Shown: piece after piece, positions 51,459-62,082 of the stretch
Layout: each line of letters starts with the position of its first letter
Numbering within the stretch: position 1 is the first letter of the stretch
Assembly (NCBI GenBank): GCA_964500725.1
Contig: CAZCNP010000002.1
Span: 133,347 to 197,346, forward strand
DNA: 64,000 nt
Direction of reading: 5' to 3'
DNA from: an uncultured Gammaproteobacteria bacterium
Lineage (GTDB): Bacteria > Patescibacteriota > Microgenomatia > Daviesbacterales > UBA10151
Notes under the pieces: generated by a model
Databases searched by the model: none
The model's input: the letters and a program-made list of their open reading frames with translations, nothing else
Told to the model about the DNA's origin: nothing
Translations under genes and position numbers: made by a program

Positions 51459-53591
51459 ATGAAGAAATTCCTCATATATTATTTTCTTTCCGTTTTTTCT
51501 CTACTAACAATATTTTCTTCTGGGATACTTGACTCTTTAGATGGACTTCAGTATTTAGCTGTTGCCAGAAATATCTATTACACAGGTGAACCGACAGGAC
51601 CACCTGATGAATTTAATTCTATGACTGGGGAAAATACAAGGGTAAATATCTACATGCCCGTTATAGTAGGGAAAGATGGAAAACAATATAGCTTCACAGG
51701 TTTAGGCTATTCTATTGCTTTAGTCCCGGCGGTTTTTTTAACAAATTTAGTATATAAGATTTACGGAATATCTCCTGCTGTACACTTTCCTTTGGAGAAT
51801 GATTGGTTGATGCTCCTTACCGCCAGTTTTACAAATGCTTTTTTTGGGGCCTTATTAGGGATAACTTTACTCTTATATTTTGTAGAGCTTGGGCTTACCA
51901 AAAAGCATGCCATATTTATGAGCCTTATTTCTATCTTCGCAACTAATCTGTGGGTGTATACCAAGCATTCCTTTGCCCAGATGATGTTTATTTCTTTTCT
52001 TTTTCTTTCATTCTTTTTGGTTAAGAGATTTTTCCGGACAAAGAAAATCTTATCACTGATTTTTGCAGGAGCCAGCTTTGGAATTGCCAGTATAACTTAT
52101 AATCAGACTTTTATTTTAGCAATAATACCTTTATTTTTATATTTTGTATTCCTTGCAAAATTTAGAATTAATTTACTAACCCGGCCAAACTTGTTATTAA
52201 AGCAGGTTAAATATATAACTACCAAATTACTAATTTTTTTCTTGGGGTTTTTGCCTTTTATCATAATTTATTTTTGGTTTGAGGGCCTTCGGGCGGTACC
52301 TACTCGTGATTTAGCAAATCCCTTATCTGTAGCAAAAGCTGGTATAAGTCCCATATTACATCTACCAATATCAGTTTTCTTTGAAGGATTATACGGTCAG
52401 CTCTTTTCTCCGGGGAGAAGCATTTTTTTATATTCCCCGTTACTTTTACTAATTATATTTTTCTTTTACAAAATTAAAAAAATAATTTTACCGGAGGTTG
52501 TAGTTTTTATTGTTTTATCGGTAATATATGTTCTGTTTTATGCTACGCAGCATAGCGTCGGCGGTCCTGATCAGGGCATAGCTGCATATTGGCATGGCGA
52601 GTCAAGTTGGGGACCCAGGTATTTACTGCCTTTAATTCCTTTTGGTTTGCTAATTGTTGGTTATATTTATACCAAACTTACAAAATATCAGAAGCTATTA
52701 ATTTTTTTACCTTTAGCAGTAATAGGGTTTTATATTGAAATATTAGGAATCCTAATTCCATATCAAACAAAGTTCCATAATTTAGTAAAGTTCTATGCTA
52801 ATGGTACAGAGTATACGCCCGGAGTTTATTCTAACCTGCTTCCCCGTTATTCTCCCCTGTTACAAATGACAAAAAATTTAGTAAAGTTAACTCAAAACTT
52901 TCCTAAAACTTTTGACCATGGGATATATAACGTGCGTTTCTATGATGGCATAGAGCTTCCCTTTAACGTTGGCCCGGAAAGATGGAGAGAGATAGAGGGT
53001 AAAGGATATATATCTTTTGATAATAATGAGAGTAATCCGGTAAAAGAATTGACTCTTGGATTAATTAATCATCCTATATCGGAATCTTCTGAATCAGCAA
53101 AACTACAGTTTGTGTTGAATAATCAGCCTTTACTGGATTCGCCTATTATTTTAACTAATAGACAAAGGGAACAAATAAAAATTCCGGTAAAAAATAGGAT
53201 CCTGAAACCAAAAGATAATAATTTAATGATTGAGGTGAGCTATGATAAATCCGTAGTGGTGGATTTACACAAACAGATTCTAGGATTTCAGTTTTTTGAA
53301 ATTAACAACCAGAGGCAAAATATGGAAAGTCTTGATATTCCATATGTCTCGCCACTCGGACCAAAGATGACAGGGATAATTTACCAAAATTGGGGAGGAA
53401 CTAATGAAGATCCTTGGAGATTTTGGAGTCTTCATTCGCAGATGTTTGAAAGATTGCCGGATTTTTGGTGGATTAGAAACTTATATCATTGGGATATCCC
53501 TAAACAATGGGTATTAATTCCTTTAAGCTTGAATCTGGTGATGCTTATTTTTACCGGATTTAAATTAAAAAAGGCATTAAATGAAAAATAA
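51459..53591 (+). CDS. multi-pass membrane protein, GT-C-like
   Basis: acidic DSLDG in first loop, many TM, SPGRSIFLYSP, WGPRYLLP; TATAAT 7 nt before ATG 51459. Confidence 0.65.
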   Translation: MKKFLIYYFLSVFSLLTIFSSGILDSLDGLQYLAVARNIYYTGEPTGPPDEFNSMTGENTRVNIYMPVIVGKDGKQYSFTGLGYSIALVPAVFLTNLVYKIYGISPAVHFPLENDWLMLLTASFTNAFFGALLGITLLLYFVELGLTKKHAIFMSLISIFATNLWVYTKHSFAQMMFISFLFLSFFLVKRFFRTKKILSLIFAGASFGIASITYNQTFILAIIPLFLYFVFLAKFRINLLTRPNLLLKQVKYITTKLLIFFLGFLPFIIIYFWFEGLRAVPTRDLANPLSVAKAGISPILHLPISVFFEGLYGQLFSPGRSIFLYSPLLLLIIFFFYKIKKIILPEVVVFIVLSVIYVLFYATQHSVGGPDQGIAAYWHGESSWGPRYLLPLIPFGLLIVGYIYTKLTKYQKLLIFLPLAVIGFYIEILGILIPYQTKFHNLVKFYANGTEYTPGVYSNLLPRYSPLLQMTKNLVKLTQNFPKTFDHGIYNVRFYDGIELPFNVGPERWREIEGKGYISFDNNESNPVKELTLGLINHPISESSESAKLQFVLNNQPLLDSPIILTNRQREQIKIPVKNRILKPKDNNLMIEVSYDKSVVVDLHKQILGFQFFEINNQRQNMESLDIPYVSPLGPKMTGIIYQNWGGTNEDPWRFWSLHSQMFERLPDFWWIRNLYHWDIPKQWVLIPLSLNLVMLIFTGFKLKKALNEK

Positions 53592-53605
53592 CAGACAGAA
53601 TCAAA

Positions 53606-54352
53606 CTAACTTTTTGGCGAGAGAACATGATGGTATTTATTGAATACTTCTATGGGTGAACCATCAGCTAATATTTTTCCGTGATCAAGTAATATTATTC
53701 TTTCGCAGAAATTTTTTACTGATTGTTCGCTATGGCTAACAAAAACAATGGTTTTATTTTTCTCCTGTTTGACTTTCTTTAGATACTGTATACATTTCCT
53801 TTGGAATTCGGCATCACCAACCGACAATACTTCATCAATCAGCACAATTGGAGCATCAACGTGTATGGCTATGGCAAAGGCCAATCGCATGTACATTCCT
53901 GAGGAATATCTTTTTACAGGAGCATGAATGAAATCCTTTAGTTCGCTAAACTCTATAATTTTATCAACAACCATTTCAATCTCCTTCTTATGTAACCCCA
54001 AAATAGCTCCATTTAAAAAAATGTTTTCGTACCCTGTTAATTCATGATGAAACCCGGCTCCCAACTCGATTAAAGGTGCTACCTTACCATCTACAATAAC
54101 CTCTCCATTAGTGGGTGAGGTAACGCCGGCAATTAATTTTAAGAGAGTGGATTTCCCGGCGCCATTTTTTCCGATGATGCCTACTGTTTCTCCTTTATTA
54201 ATTTCAAAAGATATATTGGATAAAGCTGTAAATTCTTTTGCCCAGGGTTTGCCCAGAATAAGAGAAGGAAGAGCTTCTTTAAAAGTTTTATCATCCTGCA
54301 ATAAAAATTGCTTAGTAACATTTTTAAATATAATTGATGGGGGATTTTCCAT
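53606..54352 (-). CDS. wzt: polysaccharide ABC exporter ATPase (no C-terminal carbohydrate-binding domain)
   Basis: GKNGAGKST, YSSGMYMRLAF, IDEVLSVGD, VSH. Confidence 0.92.
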   Translation of the reverse strand: MENPPSIIFKNVTKQFLLQDDKTFKEALPSLILGKPWAKEFTALSNISFEINKGETVGIIGKNGAGKSTLLKLIAGVTSPTNGEVIVDGKVAPLIELGAGFHHELTGYENIFLNGAILGLHKKEIEMVVDKIIEFSELKDFIHAPVKRYSSGMYMRLAFAIAIHVDAPIVLIDEVLSVGDAEFQRKCIQYLKKVKQEKNKTIVFVSHSEQSVKNFCERIILLDHGKILADGSPIEVFNKYHHVLSPKS

Positions 54353-54356
54353 AGTT

Positions 54357-55139
54357 TTAGACTATATCTGCAAAAACCTTCTCGCTTTTTTTAAACATCC
54401 AAAACCCAAAAATAAATATTATAAAGGAGATTATGGCAGACCATAAAATTATTCCACTATCAAAGGGTTTATTAAACACTGCCGATCTGTAACCCTCGAT
54501 AATTCCAACCATAGGATTGAGTTTATAAATCCATACCAGGTGATTGGGAATTAATGATAGAGGATAGACAACAGGTGTTAAATACATCCACATGAGTAAT
54601 GCCAGATTAGCAACATATTGGATGTCCCTGTAGAATAGATTTGATGCGGAGAGAAAAAAAGCCAGTCCACACATAAGGATTATTTGGATAAAAAATATGG
54701 GAATAACAAAAATAATTGTTAACTCAAATGGTAATTGATAAAGAATCATAAAGATGATCAGGATTAAGGAAGCTAGCAGAAAATCAACAAGTTTTGAAAA
54801 TATTACAGAATAAGTAAGTATTTCCCTGGGAAAATATACTTTTTTCAGTAAATTTGAATTATCCACCAAAACCAAGGTAGATGCAGAGAGAGTGAGTTGA
54901 AGATAAATCCATGGAAGAAGGCCGATCAGCAAGAAAACAGAATAGGGAATGCCTCCTGTAGGAAATCTAAAAATTACGGAAAATACAAATGAATAGACTA
55001 AAAGTTGGATGAGTGGATTAATTAGTATCCAAACGTAGCCTAAAATAGACTGTTTGTACCTTGCTTTAATCTCCCTTAAGGTGAGTTGTTGAAGTAAGAA
55101 CTTATACTTTAGGAATGGCAGCAAGAAACTTTTAACCAT
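54357..55139 (-). CDS. wzm: polysaccharide ABC exporter permease
   Basis: REIKARYKQSILG..W, KVYFP, YRDI, TPVVYP, LNPM. Confidence 0.92.
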   Translation of the reverse strand: MVKSFLLPFLKYKFLLQQLTLREIKARYKQSILGYVWILINPLIQLLVYSFVFSVIFRFPTGGIPYSVFLLIGLLPWIYLQLTLSASTLVLVDNSNLLKKVYFPREILTYSVIFSKLVDFLLASLILIIFMILYQLPFELTIIFVIPIFFIQIILMCGLAFFLSASNLFYRDIQYVANLALLMWMYLTPVVYPLSLIPNHLVWIYKLNPMVGIIEGYRSAVFNKPFDSGIILWSAIISFIIFIFGFWMFKKSEKVFADIV

Positions 55140-55221
55140 AAAAGAGTTGAATTTATTATTTTCTACCTTTTAAAATTAAATGATTTGGGTTTAAAAGTCA
55201 ACGCAATCTTTTCCCGAGTAA

Positions 55222-55250
55222 TTGCTAAAAGTTTTAAAAGACTATACAAT
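55222..55250 (+). promoter_or_regulatory. sigma70-type promoter TTGCTA-17-TACAAT for the phosphonate operon
   Basis: TTGCTA 55222-55227, TACAAT 55245-55250, ATG 55263. Confidence 0.55.
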
Positions 55251-55262
55251 TGAAACGAAAAT

Positions 55263-56582
55263 ATGAAATTTAAGTCTGATAATGAAAAGATTGTGTATGT
55301 GGGAATGTCTGCAGATCTTATACATCATGGTCATATAAATATTATCACAACAGCAAGAAAGCTAGGTAAGCTAGTTATAGGGTTATTGACTGATGAAGCG
55401 ATAGCCAGCTATAAGAGGGTTCCTCTTTTGACTTTTGAACAACGTAAACAAGTAATTGAAAACCTAGCTGGTGTTTATAAGGTCGTACCTCAAAAAACCC
55501 TTGATTATGTTGCAAATCTTCAGTTGATAAAACCGGATTTTGTGGTTCATGGAGATGATTGGAAAACTGGTGTACAGCGAGAGACAAGGGAAAGGGTAAT
55601 AAAAGCCTTAAAGGAATGGGGAGGCAAACTGATTGAACCAAAATATACACAAGATATTTCTTCCACTGCTCTTATAAGTAGTTCAGATAGTGTAGGGGTA
55701 AGTCCTGCTTACAGGATAAAACGGTTTCGCCGGATTTTGGATATAAAACCGATAGTTAGGATTATTGAAGCCCATAACGGATTAACTGGGCTTATTGCTG
55801 AAAAAGTTAAAGTAGTAAACGGTCATCAAACTTTGGAATTCGATGGTATGTGGGAGAGTAGCTTGACAGATTCCACTTCAAAAGGAAAACCTGATACTTC
55901 AGCTGTTGATGTGACCAATCGTCTTCAAACAATAGAACAAATATTGGAAGTTACAACAAAACCTTTGATTGTTGATGGGGATAGCGGTGGATTGCCGGAG
56001 CATTTTGTTTTTACAGTTAAATCCTTAGAGAGATTAGGAATATCGGCAGTAATTATTGAAGATAAAGTTGGAATTAAAAGAAATTCTCTTTTTGGTACTG
56101 CCGTTTCACAGACACAAGATTCAATTGAAAATTTTTGCGAAAAAATTAATAAAGGAAAGAAAGCGCAGGTTGAAACAGATTTTATGATAATAGCTCGTAT
56201 TGAGAGCTTAATTTTAAAGAAAGGCCTAAATGATGCATTAAAACGGGCAAAGGCTTATATTGAGGCAGGGGCAGATGGAATCTTAATACACAGTAAAGAG
56301 AAGACACCTGTTGATATATTTAATTTTTGCAGGGAATACAATAAATTTGAATACAAAGTACCTTTGGTTGTGGTACCATCTACGTTTAGCGGTGTCAGAG
56401 AAGAAGAATTTATAAAGCATGGCGTCAGGATGGTTATTTATGCAAACCAGCTAATAAGAAGTGCATATCCTGCAATGAAGAAGGTTGCTGAATTAATATT
56501 AAAAAACGGACGCGCTCTAGAGGCAGATAAATTATGTTTACCAATAGAGGAAGCTATCAAGCTTATTCCAAGTCATTCATGA
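55263..56582 (+). CDS. aepX: phosphoenolpyruvate mutase with N-terminal cytidylyltransferase domain
   Basis: HHGH (HxGH) and VHGDDW in CyTase domain; EAHNG, DGDSGG and diagnostic [10 protein letters not shown] (EDK-x5-NS). Confidence 0.95.
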   Translation: MKFKSDNEKIVYVGMSADLIHHGHINIITTARKLGKLVIGLLTDEAIASYKRVPLLTFEQRKQVIENLAGVYKVVPQKTLDYVANLQLIKPDFVVHGDDWKTGVQRETRERVIKALKEWGGKLIEPKYTQDISSTALISSSDSVGVSPAYRIKRFRRILDIKPIVRIIEAHNGLTGLIAEKVKVVNGHQTLEFDGMWESSLTDSTSKGKPDTSAVDVTNRLQTIEQILEVTTKPLIVDGDSGGLPEHFVFTVKSLERLGISAVIIEDKVGIKRNSLFGTAVSQTQDSIENFCEKINKGKKAQVETDFMIIARIESLILKKGLNDALKRAKAYIEAGADGILIHSKEKTPVDIFNFCREYNKFEYKVPLVVVPSTFSGVREEEFIKHGVRMVIYANQLIRSAYPAMKKVAELILKNGRALEADKLCLPIEEAIKLIPSHS

Positions 56583-57676
56583 TCCATCCCAGTGATTTTA
56601 CAACTCAGCTTATTAAAAATAACCTAGGTCCTGTAGTGGAGGTGCCCTGTTCCTTCCTTAAGGATTTTCTCGGATATCTTTGGGATAGCAAAGAGATCCC
56701 CGTAATAAATCCTGCAAATGAAGCCATTGCTATGGCAGAAGCAGCAGGAGAGTATATGGGAAGCGGAAGAATTCCGGTAGTTGCAATACAGAATTCAGGA
56801 TTAATGAATACTTTAAATGCGCTGACCTCTTTACATAAAATCTATGAAATACCTGTTTTTATGATGGTGACCTGGCGCGGTGAGGGGGGAGCAGGTAAAG
56901 ATGCTCCCGAGCATGATATTACGGGAGAGAATCTTTTAAAATATCTTGAAACATTTGAAATTCCCTACAAAATTGCTGATGGAGTGATGTACAAGGAACA
57001 GGTTAGTTCTTTGGCAAAAAAGGCAAGAGAAACAAAAAAACCCGTTGTTTTAGTAATCAGAAAAGGAATATTTGAACCATACGAAAAAGAGACAGAGGAA
57101 GAAAGTCCTCTTGAAATGACAAGGTTTGATGCAATTTCTATAATTAAGCGAAAAACAAATGGTAAAGTTATATTTTTGTCAGGAACAGGATTTCCCACTA
57201 GGGATTCGTTTAACGTAAAGGATACATCGGATTTTTATACAATGGGGTCTATGGGGCATGTTTTTGGAATAGGTCTTGGAGTAGCGCGCACTAATCCGGA
57301 TAAGAAAGTTATCATACTTGATGGGGATGGTGGAGCAATTATGCACGCTGGAGCTTTCGCATCTCTTGATCCTCAAATACACAAAAATTTAATTTATATT
57401 ATGTTTGATAATGGGGTATATGAAAGTACCGGCGGGCAATCCTCTCCTTCTCAAAATGTCGATTTTAAATCATTTGCAAAAGCTTTTAGATTTGGTAAGT
57501 ACCTCGATGTAAATACGCAAGTTGGTCTTGAACAAGCAGTAAAAAAAGTTCTCGGAGCCAATACTCCGTCATTTCTTCATATTTATGTTAAACAGGGTGG
57601 AAATGTAGGCACACGAGTATCAGATAAGTATACATGTCCACAGGTTACAGAACGTTTTATGGAAAATCTTAAGTGA
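56579..57676 (+). CDS. aepY: phosphonopyruvate decarboxylase
   Basis: VPCS, ANE, QNSG, WRG..DAPEH, GSMGH, DGDG..NG ThDP motif; ATGA overlap with aepX. Confidence 0.92.
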   Translation: MIHPSDFTTQLIKNNLGPVVEVPCSFLKDFLGYLWDSKEIPVINPANEAIAMAEAAGEYMGSGRIPVVAIQNSGLMNTLNALTSLHKIYEIPVFMMVTWRGEGGAGKDAPEHDITGENLLKYLETFEIPYKIADGVMYKEQVSSLAKKARETKKPVVLVIRKGIFEPYEKETEEESPLEMTRFDAISIIKRKTNGKVIFLSGTGFPTRDSFNVKDTSDFYTMGSMGHVFGIGLGVARTNPDKKVIILDGDGGAIMHAGAFASLDPQIHKNLIYIMFDNGVYESTGGQSSPSQNVDFKSFAKAFRFGKYLDVNTQVGLEQAVKKVLGANTPSFLHIYVKQGGNVGTRVSDKYTCPQVTERFMENLK

Positions 57677-58824
57677 TGATGATAAAAACTATTCTACCTA
57701 AAGTTCAACATGATTATAAAATGCCGACAGAGGTTTATTTTGGAAGAGGGACGATAAGTATTTTAGCTGAATTAGTCAACAAAAGTGTCCGTTTGAAGCT
57801 TCTTCTTGTTGCAGGATCACATTTTTATGAGTCAGATTCATTTAATGGTTTGAGGGACAAGTTTAATAATAGAAGGAAAGTGGAATTATATCCTGAAAGA
57901 ATCAAAAAATCTTCATTTGAAGAAGTTGATAGTTTGGTAAGGTATGTCCAGACTAAGGGGTATGATGGAGTCATCGGAATAGGGGGCGGGGCGATTTTGG
58001 ATAGCGCAAAAGTTGCCGCTGCACTGGCGACAAATGGAGGGATGGCAGCAGATTATTTAATTAATCCAACCAGAAGCTTACACAATAAAGGTATTTTTTG
58101 CATAGCTGTTCCTACAACGTCAGGAACCGGCAGCGAAGTGACTCCTTGGTCGGTTGTTTGGGGAAAAATTAAATATTCCCTTTCATCACCGGAATTTATG
58201 TTTCCGGATATTGCCATTGTTGATCCGGCTTTGACAGATGATTGTCCTAAATATATCACGGCAACTGCAGGTATTGATGCGTTATGCCAAGCCATAGAGG
58301 CGTATTGGAATGTTAAACATAACGCAGTTTCAGACAAATATGCTTTAGAATCAATACAAACAATACTTACATCCTTAGAGAAGGCAGTTAACAATCCTGA
58401 TCAGCAGTCCCGAGATAGCATGGCTTGGGGATCTTTAACCGGAGGTTTGGCATTTTCCAATACAGCAACTACTATTTGCCATGCTGTTTCATACCCGATT
58501 ACATCTCATTGGGATATAGCGCATGGTCAGGCAACCTCGATTACTCTTCCCTTATTTATTGAATATGTATTCCCTGTTTTAGAAGCTAATAGGCGCAAGA
58601 AACTACTGGGAGCAATAGGCGCAAAAGACGAGAAGGATGCTGCAGAAAAAATAAGAAACCTAATGATCGAAATTGACCTTAAAACTAAATTATCAGAATT
58701 GGGGATTCCTAAGGAAGGAATAGATATTATAGTCAGCGAAGGATTTGATCCTGACCGTGCTAAAAATTCTCCAAAAATTCCATCGGCCATGGAACTAGGA
58801 GAGATGCTTTATAGTATTTTCTAA
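57673..58824 (+). CDS. iron-containing alcohol dehydrogenase, probable phosphonoacetaldehyde reductase
   Basis: GIGGG..LD.AK, PTTSGTGSE, DALCQAIE, CHAVSY, HG; coupled to aepY by GTGA overlap. Confidence 0.85.
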   Translation: MMMIKTILPKVQHDYKMPTEVYFGRGTISILAELVNKSVRLKLLLVAGSHFYESDSFNGLRDKFNNRRKVELYPERIKKSSFEEVDSLVRYVQTKGYDGVIGIGGGAILDSAKVAAALATNGGMAADYLINPTRSLHNKGIFCIAVPTTSGTGSEVTPWSVVWGKIKYSLSSPEFMFPDIAIVDPALTDDCPKYITATAGIDALCQAIEAYWNVKHNAVSDKYALESIQTILTSLEKAVNNPDQQSRDSMAWGSLTGGLAFSNTATTICHAVSYPITSHWDIAHGQATSITLPLFIEYVFPVLEANRRKKLLGAIGAKDEKDAAEKIRNLMIEIDLKTKLSELGIPKEGIDIIVSEGFDPDRAKNSPKIPSAMELGEMLYSIF

Positions 58825-58849
58825 TCTCCTTTGTTAAAATGCTTTTGTC

Positions 58850-60148
58850 ATGAATCGTGGTATTTTTCAGGATATTTATCTATTTTGGATGGAACTGGTT
58901 CATGTTTTCTTATTTTGGATTGCAATAAGAATGCCTCTTGATAACAAGATCTGGATTTTTGGCTCCTGGTTCGGTGAAACTTATAATGATAACAGCAGGT
59001 ATATATTTGAATATGTTAGTGAAAATCTTCCTAATGTAACTGCAATCTGGCTTAGTAGAAAAAAGGACTTGGTAAAGGATTTACAACGAAAGGGATACAG
59101 GGCTTATTCTTTTTATAACCCCTTAGGGATTTGGTATGCCCTACGGGCTGGAATAGCAGTATTTAGCGTGGGTTATACAGCAGATCTGCCCGGGTTTTGT
59201 ATTTCTAGCTCAAAAAAACTAATTCAGTTATGGCATGGGATAGGTACAAAAAAAATAGGTGTAATGAATACAAAGCAAAAAGACACCAACGAAAAAATAT
59301 ATCCCTATATCCAAAATCCTTATTTAATAAAAATTATTCTGCGTTTATCTAAAATGTTATTTGATTCAACTGCGGTCAAGATTAACCATTTGGTCTATAA
59401 ATTAGAACTTTTCCAGAATTACACATTCTTTCCTACCTTGTCTCCGAGTATTAAAAAAATGGCAATTGAATCTTTCAATCTGTCCGAGGATAGAGTCATC
59501 GTTACCGGCTCTCCCAGGAATGACGTGTTGTTTAGTGAAAAAATTAAAATCACCGGTAAGATTGCTAAAGTAATTGAAAATGTTCATAAAAAAGGCGGTT
59601 TTGTTGGCTTCTATATGCCCACCCATAGGCAAGAGGGCGGGGAAGAAATGCTAAAAATTATTACCGATAATTTGAATCAATATCAAAAGATGCTTGAGGA
59701 GAAAAATATTTATCTTCTGGTGAAACTTCATCAGTTTCATCAACATGAGTCAAGCTCGAAGAAGTTAAAAAATATAATATACGTCACTAACCAGGATTTG
59801 GATGGAGATATCTATCCATATTTACCAAAGACTGATTTTTTGATAACAGATTATTCAACTATTTATATAGATTATCTTTTAGTAGACAAGCCGATTGTTT
59901 TTTTGAATTATGATCTTGACAGATACACGGCTTTGGACAGAGAACTTTATTTTCCTTATGAAGAAGTTACACCCGGACCAAAAGTAACTTCATGGTTACG
60001 ACTTATTCCGACATTGAGTAAACAACTTAAAGAGGATAGTTATAAAAAGCAACGACAAAAAATGAAACAATTTTTTCACACATACCCTGATGGAAACAGC
60101 AGTAAGCGCATTGCAGAGAGGATCTACAAGGATTTTGTAGAAAAATAA
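58850..60148 (+). CDS. CDP-glycerol:glycerophosphate transferase (TagF/TagB) family
   Basis: QLWHG, TGSPRND, YMPTHR, KLH, LITDYST, KPIV. Confidence 0.9.
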   Translation: MNRGIFQDIYLFWMELVHVFLFWIAIRMPLDNKIWIFGSWFGETYNDNSRYIFEYVSENLPNVTAIWLSRKKDLVKDLQRKGYRAYSFYNPLGIWYALRAGIAVFSVGYTADLPGFCISSSKKLIQLWHGIGTKKIGVMNTKQKDTNEKIYPYIQNPYLIKIILRLSKMLFDSTAVKINHLVYKLELFQNYTFFPTLSPSIKKMAIESFNLSEDRVIVTGSPRNDVLFSEKIKITGKIAKVIENVHKKGGFVGFYMPTHRQEGGEEMLKIITDNLNQYQKMLEEKNIYLLVKLHQFHQHESSSKKLKNIIYVTNQDLDGDIYPYLPKTDFLITDYSTIYIDYLLVDKPIVFLNYDLDRYTALDRELYFPYEEVTPGPKVTSWLRLIPTLSKQLKEDSYKKQRQKMKQFFHTYPDGNSSKRIAERIYKDFVEK

Positions 60149-60153
60149 TTTAG

Positions 60154-62082
60154 ATGGTTTTTGTTGACTTACTATCTTTTATTCTTTTTCAGTTACTGGT
60201 TGTATATCCTTTGGGAAAGATCATCTTAGATTTTTTAGAAATAAAGCTTTGGTGGGTTCAGAGTTTGATATTTGGTATAAGCATAGGTATAGTTGTTTTA
60301 ACTATATCCGCTTTATTTTTAGGTTATACAAATAATTATAGTTTGCTGCCTTTGCTGATAACAATTCCTCCCTTATTATTCATTTTTAGGCTTAAAAAAA
60401 ATTCATTACGGCAATTTAGTCCTAAAAAGATCTTGCACAGACCTGATCTAATTGTTGTATCTGCAATAATATTATGTGTTTTAATACAGTCCATTATTGT
60501 ATTTCCTAACGGGGTAAGGCCGGATGGCAGCCTAAGGCTTAAAGGTGTTTTTACGGAGGATGGTTCGTGGCATATTGCAATTATAAATAATATCAAAAAA
60601 TCTATACCCCCGGAAAATCCTGTTTTCGCCAGTGAAAAACTAGTTAACTATAATTACTTTTCAGATATATATATTGCAACTATACAGAGATTTACAGGCA
60701 TAGACACTTTAATTTTATATTTTAAATTAATAGGACCTTTCTTAGCCCTAATTTGTGCCTCAACGCTTTATTTTTTGCTTGAGGGATTTATCCGGAATAG
60801 ATTGATAAGCAGCGCAGGGGTACTTTTGGTAACACTAAGCAGTACTTATTATTACATTTTTGGAATTTTTAAGCCCAATTTAAATCCTTCAAGCTTTTTT
60901 GGAAATGATTATGTCAGCAGGATGGTAAACTATCAATTATCGTTTTCATATATAATAATAACTACCTTCTTATTCCTGCTTTTATCCTACAAAAAAATAA
61001 ACTCACTCAAATTCTCTCTGGTAGCAGCGCTTTTGATTGGCAGCGGAATAGGCTTTAAATCATACGGCACTATTTTACTAATTGCGGCACTTTTTCTTAT
61101 TGGCATCTACAGAATTTTTAAAAAGGATTTTAGTTATATAAAAATTGCTTTTTTAAGTTGTGTTTTTACTTCTATTTTAAGCTTTTTATTTCTAAGAAGC
61201 AGCCAGGTTACAGAGGCAATATTTGCATTTAACCCGTTATGGTTAATTGAAAATATTTTTAGCGACCCTTTAAGGTTAAATTCTCCTGCTTGGGAAGCAC
61301 AAAAAAATTGGTACTTTCAAAATAGTAATTATCTAGGAGTTACATATCTTTATATAAAAGGTATAGTCATTTTTTTATCTGCAGGCCTTGGCTTAAAATT
61401 ACTTGGTTTTTTTTCTTTTATCAAAATTCAAGAGAGCAGAAAGAGAGAAATAGTCTTGCTGTTAACAATGGTTGCTTTAATCGGTATTCTAATGCCGCTT
61501 ACTTTTACCCAGGGAGGTGTTAAATGGAATACGGTTCAGTTTATTTGGTATTCGGGTTTAAGCCTAGGTATTTTATTGGTTGTTTTTATTGCAGATTTAT
61601 ATCATAGACTAGGTCCGAAACAAGTTTTGATAATAATATTATTTATCTGGATTTCCTATTTGCCCGGGGTATATTATTACAGTAAATTTTACCTGTCTGA
61701 TACCGGCAATTTAACAACGTATAATTTTCAAGGAACCCAGCAATCCTACCAAGCAGCTGAGTTTTTATCCTCTCAGGAGAATGGAATATTGCTTCTTGAT
61801 TCAAATTATTCACAAACTCCTTTTATCATGGCAATTTCAGAAAAGAATGCTTACTTTGCTGATGAAAGCTTATTATCTAATTTGCTTATCAGTTGGCAAA
61901 TTCGCAGCGGGCAAGTTCAGCGCTTTTTTGGCAATTCTACAGAAAAATATAAGGAAAATTTCCTGAAAGAAAACAAAATTTCTTATATCTTTACAATTAA
62001 AGATGGTTTAAAATCAAAAGAATATTTAGATAATATATATACCAATAATGAAGTATCAATATATAAGATTAAACTAGAATAA
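60154..62082 (+). CDS. multi-pass membrane protein, GT-C-like
   Basis: many TM, EDGSWH..PPENP..NYNY loop, C-terminal soluble domain. Confidence 0.6.
   Translation: MVFVDLLSFILFQLLVVYPLGKIILDFLEIKLWWVQSLIFGISIGIVVLTISALFLGYTNNYSLLPLLITIPPLLFIFRLKKNSLRQFSPKKILHRPDLIVVSAIILCVLIQSIIVFPNGVRPDGSLRLKGVFTEDGSWHIAIINNIKKSIPPENPVFASEKLVNYNYFSDIYIATIQRFTGIDTLILYFKLIGPFLALICASTLYFLLEGFIRNRLISSAGVLLVTLSSTYYYIFGIFKPNLNPSSFFGNDYVSRMVNYQLSFSYIIITTFLFLLLSYKKINSLKFSLVAALLIGSGIGFKSYGTILLIAALFLIGIYRIFKKDFSYIKIAFLSCVFTSILSFLFLRSSQVTEAIFAFNPLWLIENIFSDPLRLNSPAWEAQKNWYFQNSNYLGVTYLYIKGIVIFLSAGLGLKLLGFFSFIKIQESRKREIVLLLTMVALIGILMPLTFTQGGVKWNTVQFIWYSGLSLGILLVVFIADLYHRLGPKQVLIIILFIWISYLPGVYYYSKFYLSDTGNLTTYNFQGTQQSYQAAEFLSSQENGILLLDSNYSQTPFIMAISEKNAYFADESLLSNLLISWQIRSGQVQRFFGNSTEKYKENFLKENKISYIFTIKDGLKSKEYLDNIYTNNEVSIYKIKLE

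Noticed and set aside
55263-58824. Phosphonate antibiotic cluster (fosfomycin/phosphinothricin type)
   Set aside because: No radical SAM methyltransferase, epoxidase, HEP dioxygenase, NRPS or resistance kinase; the context is entirely surface glycan.
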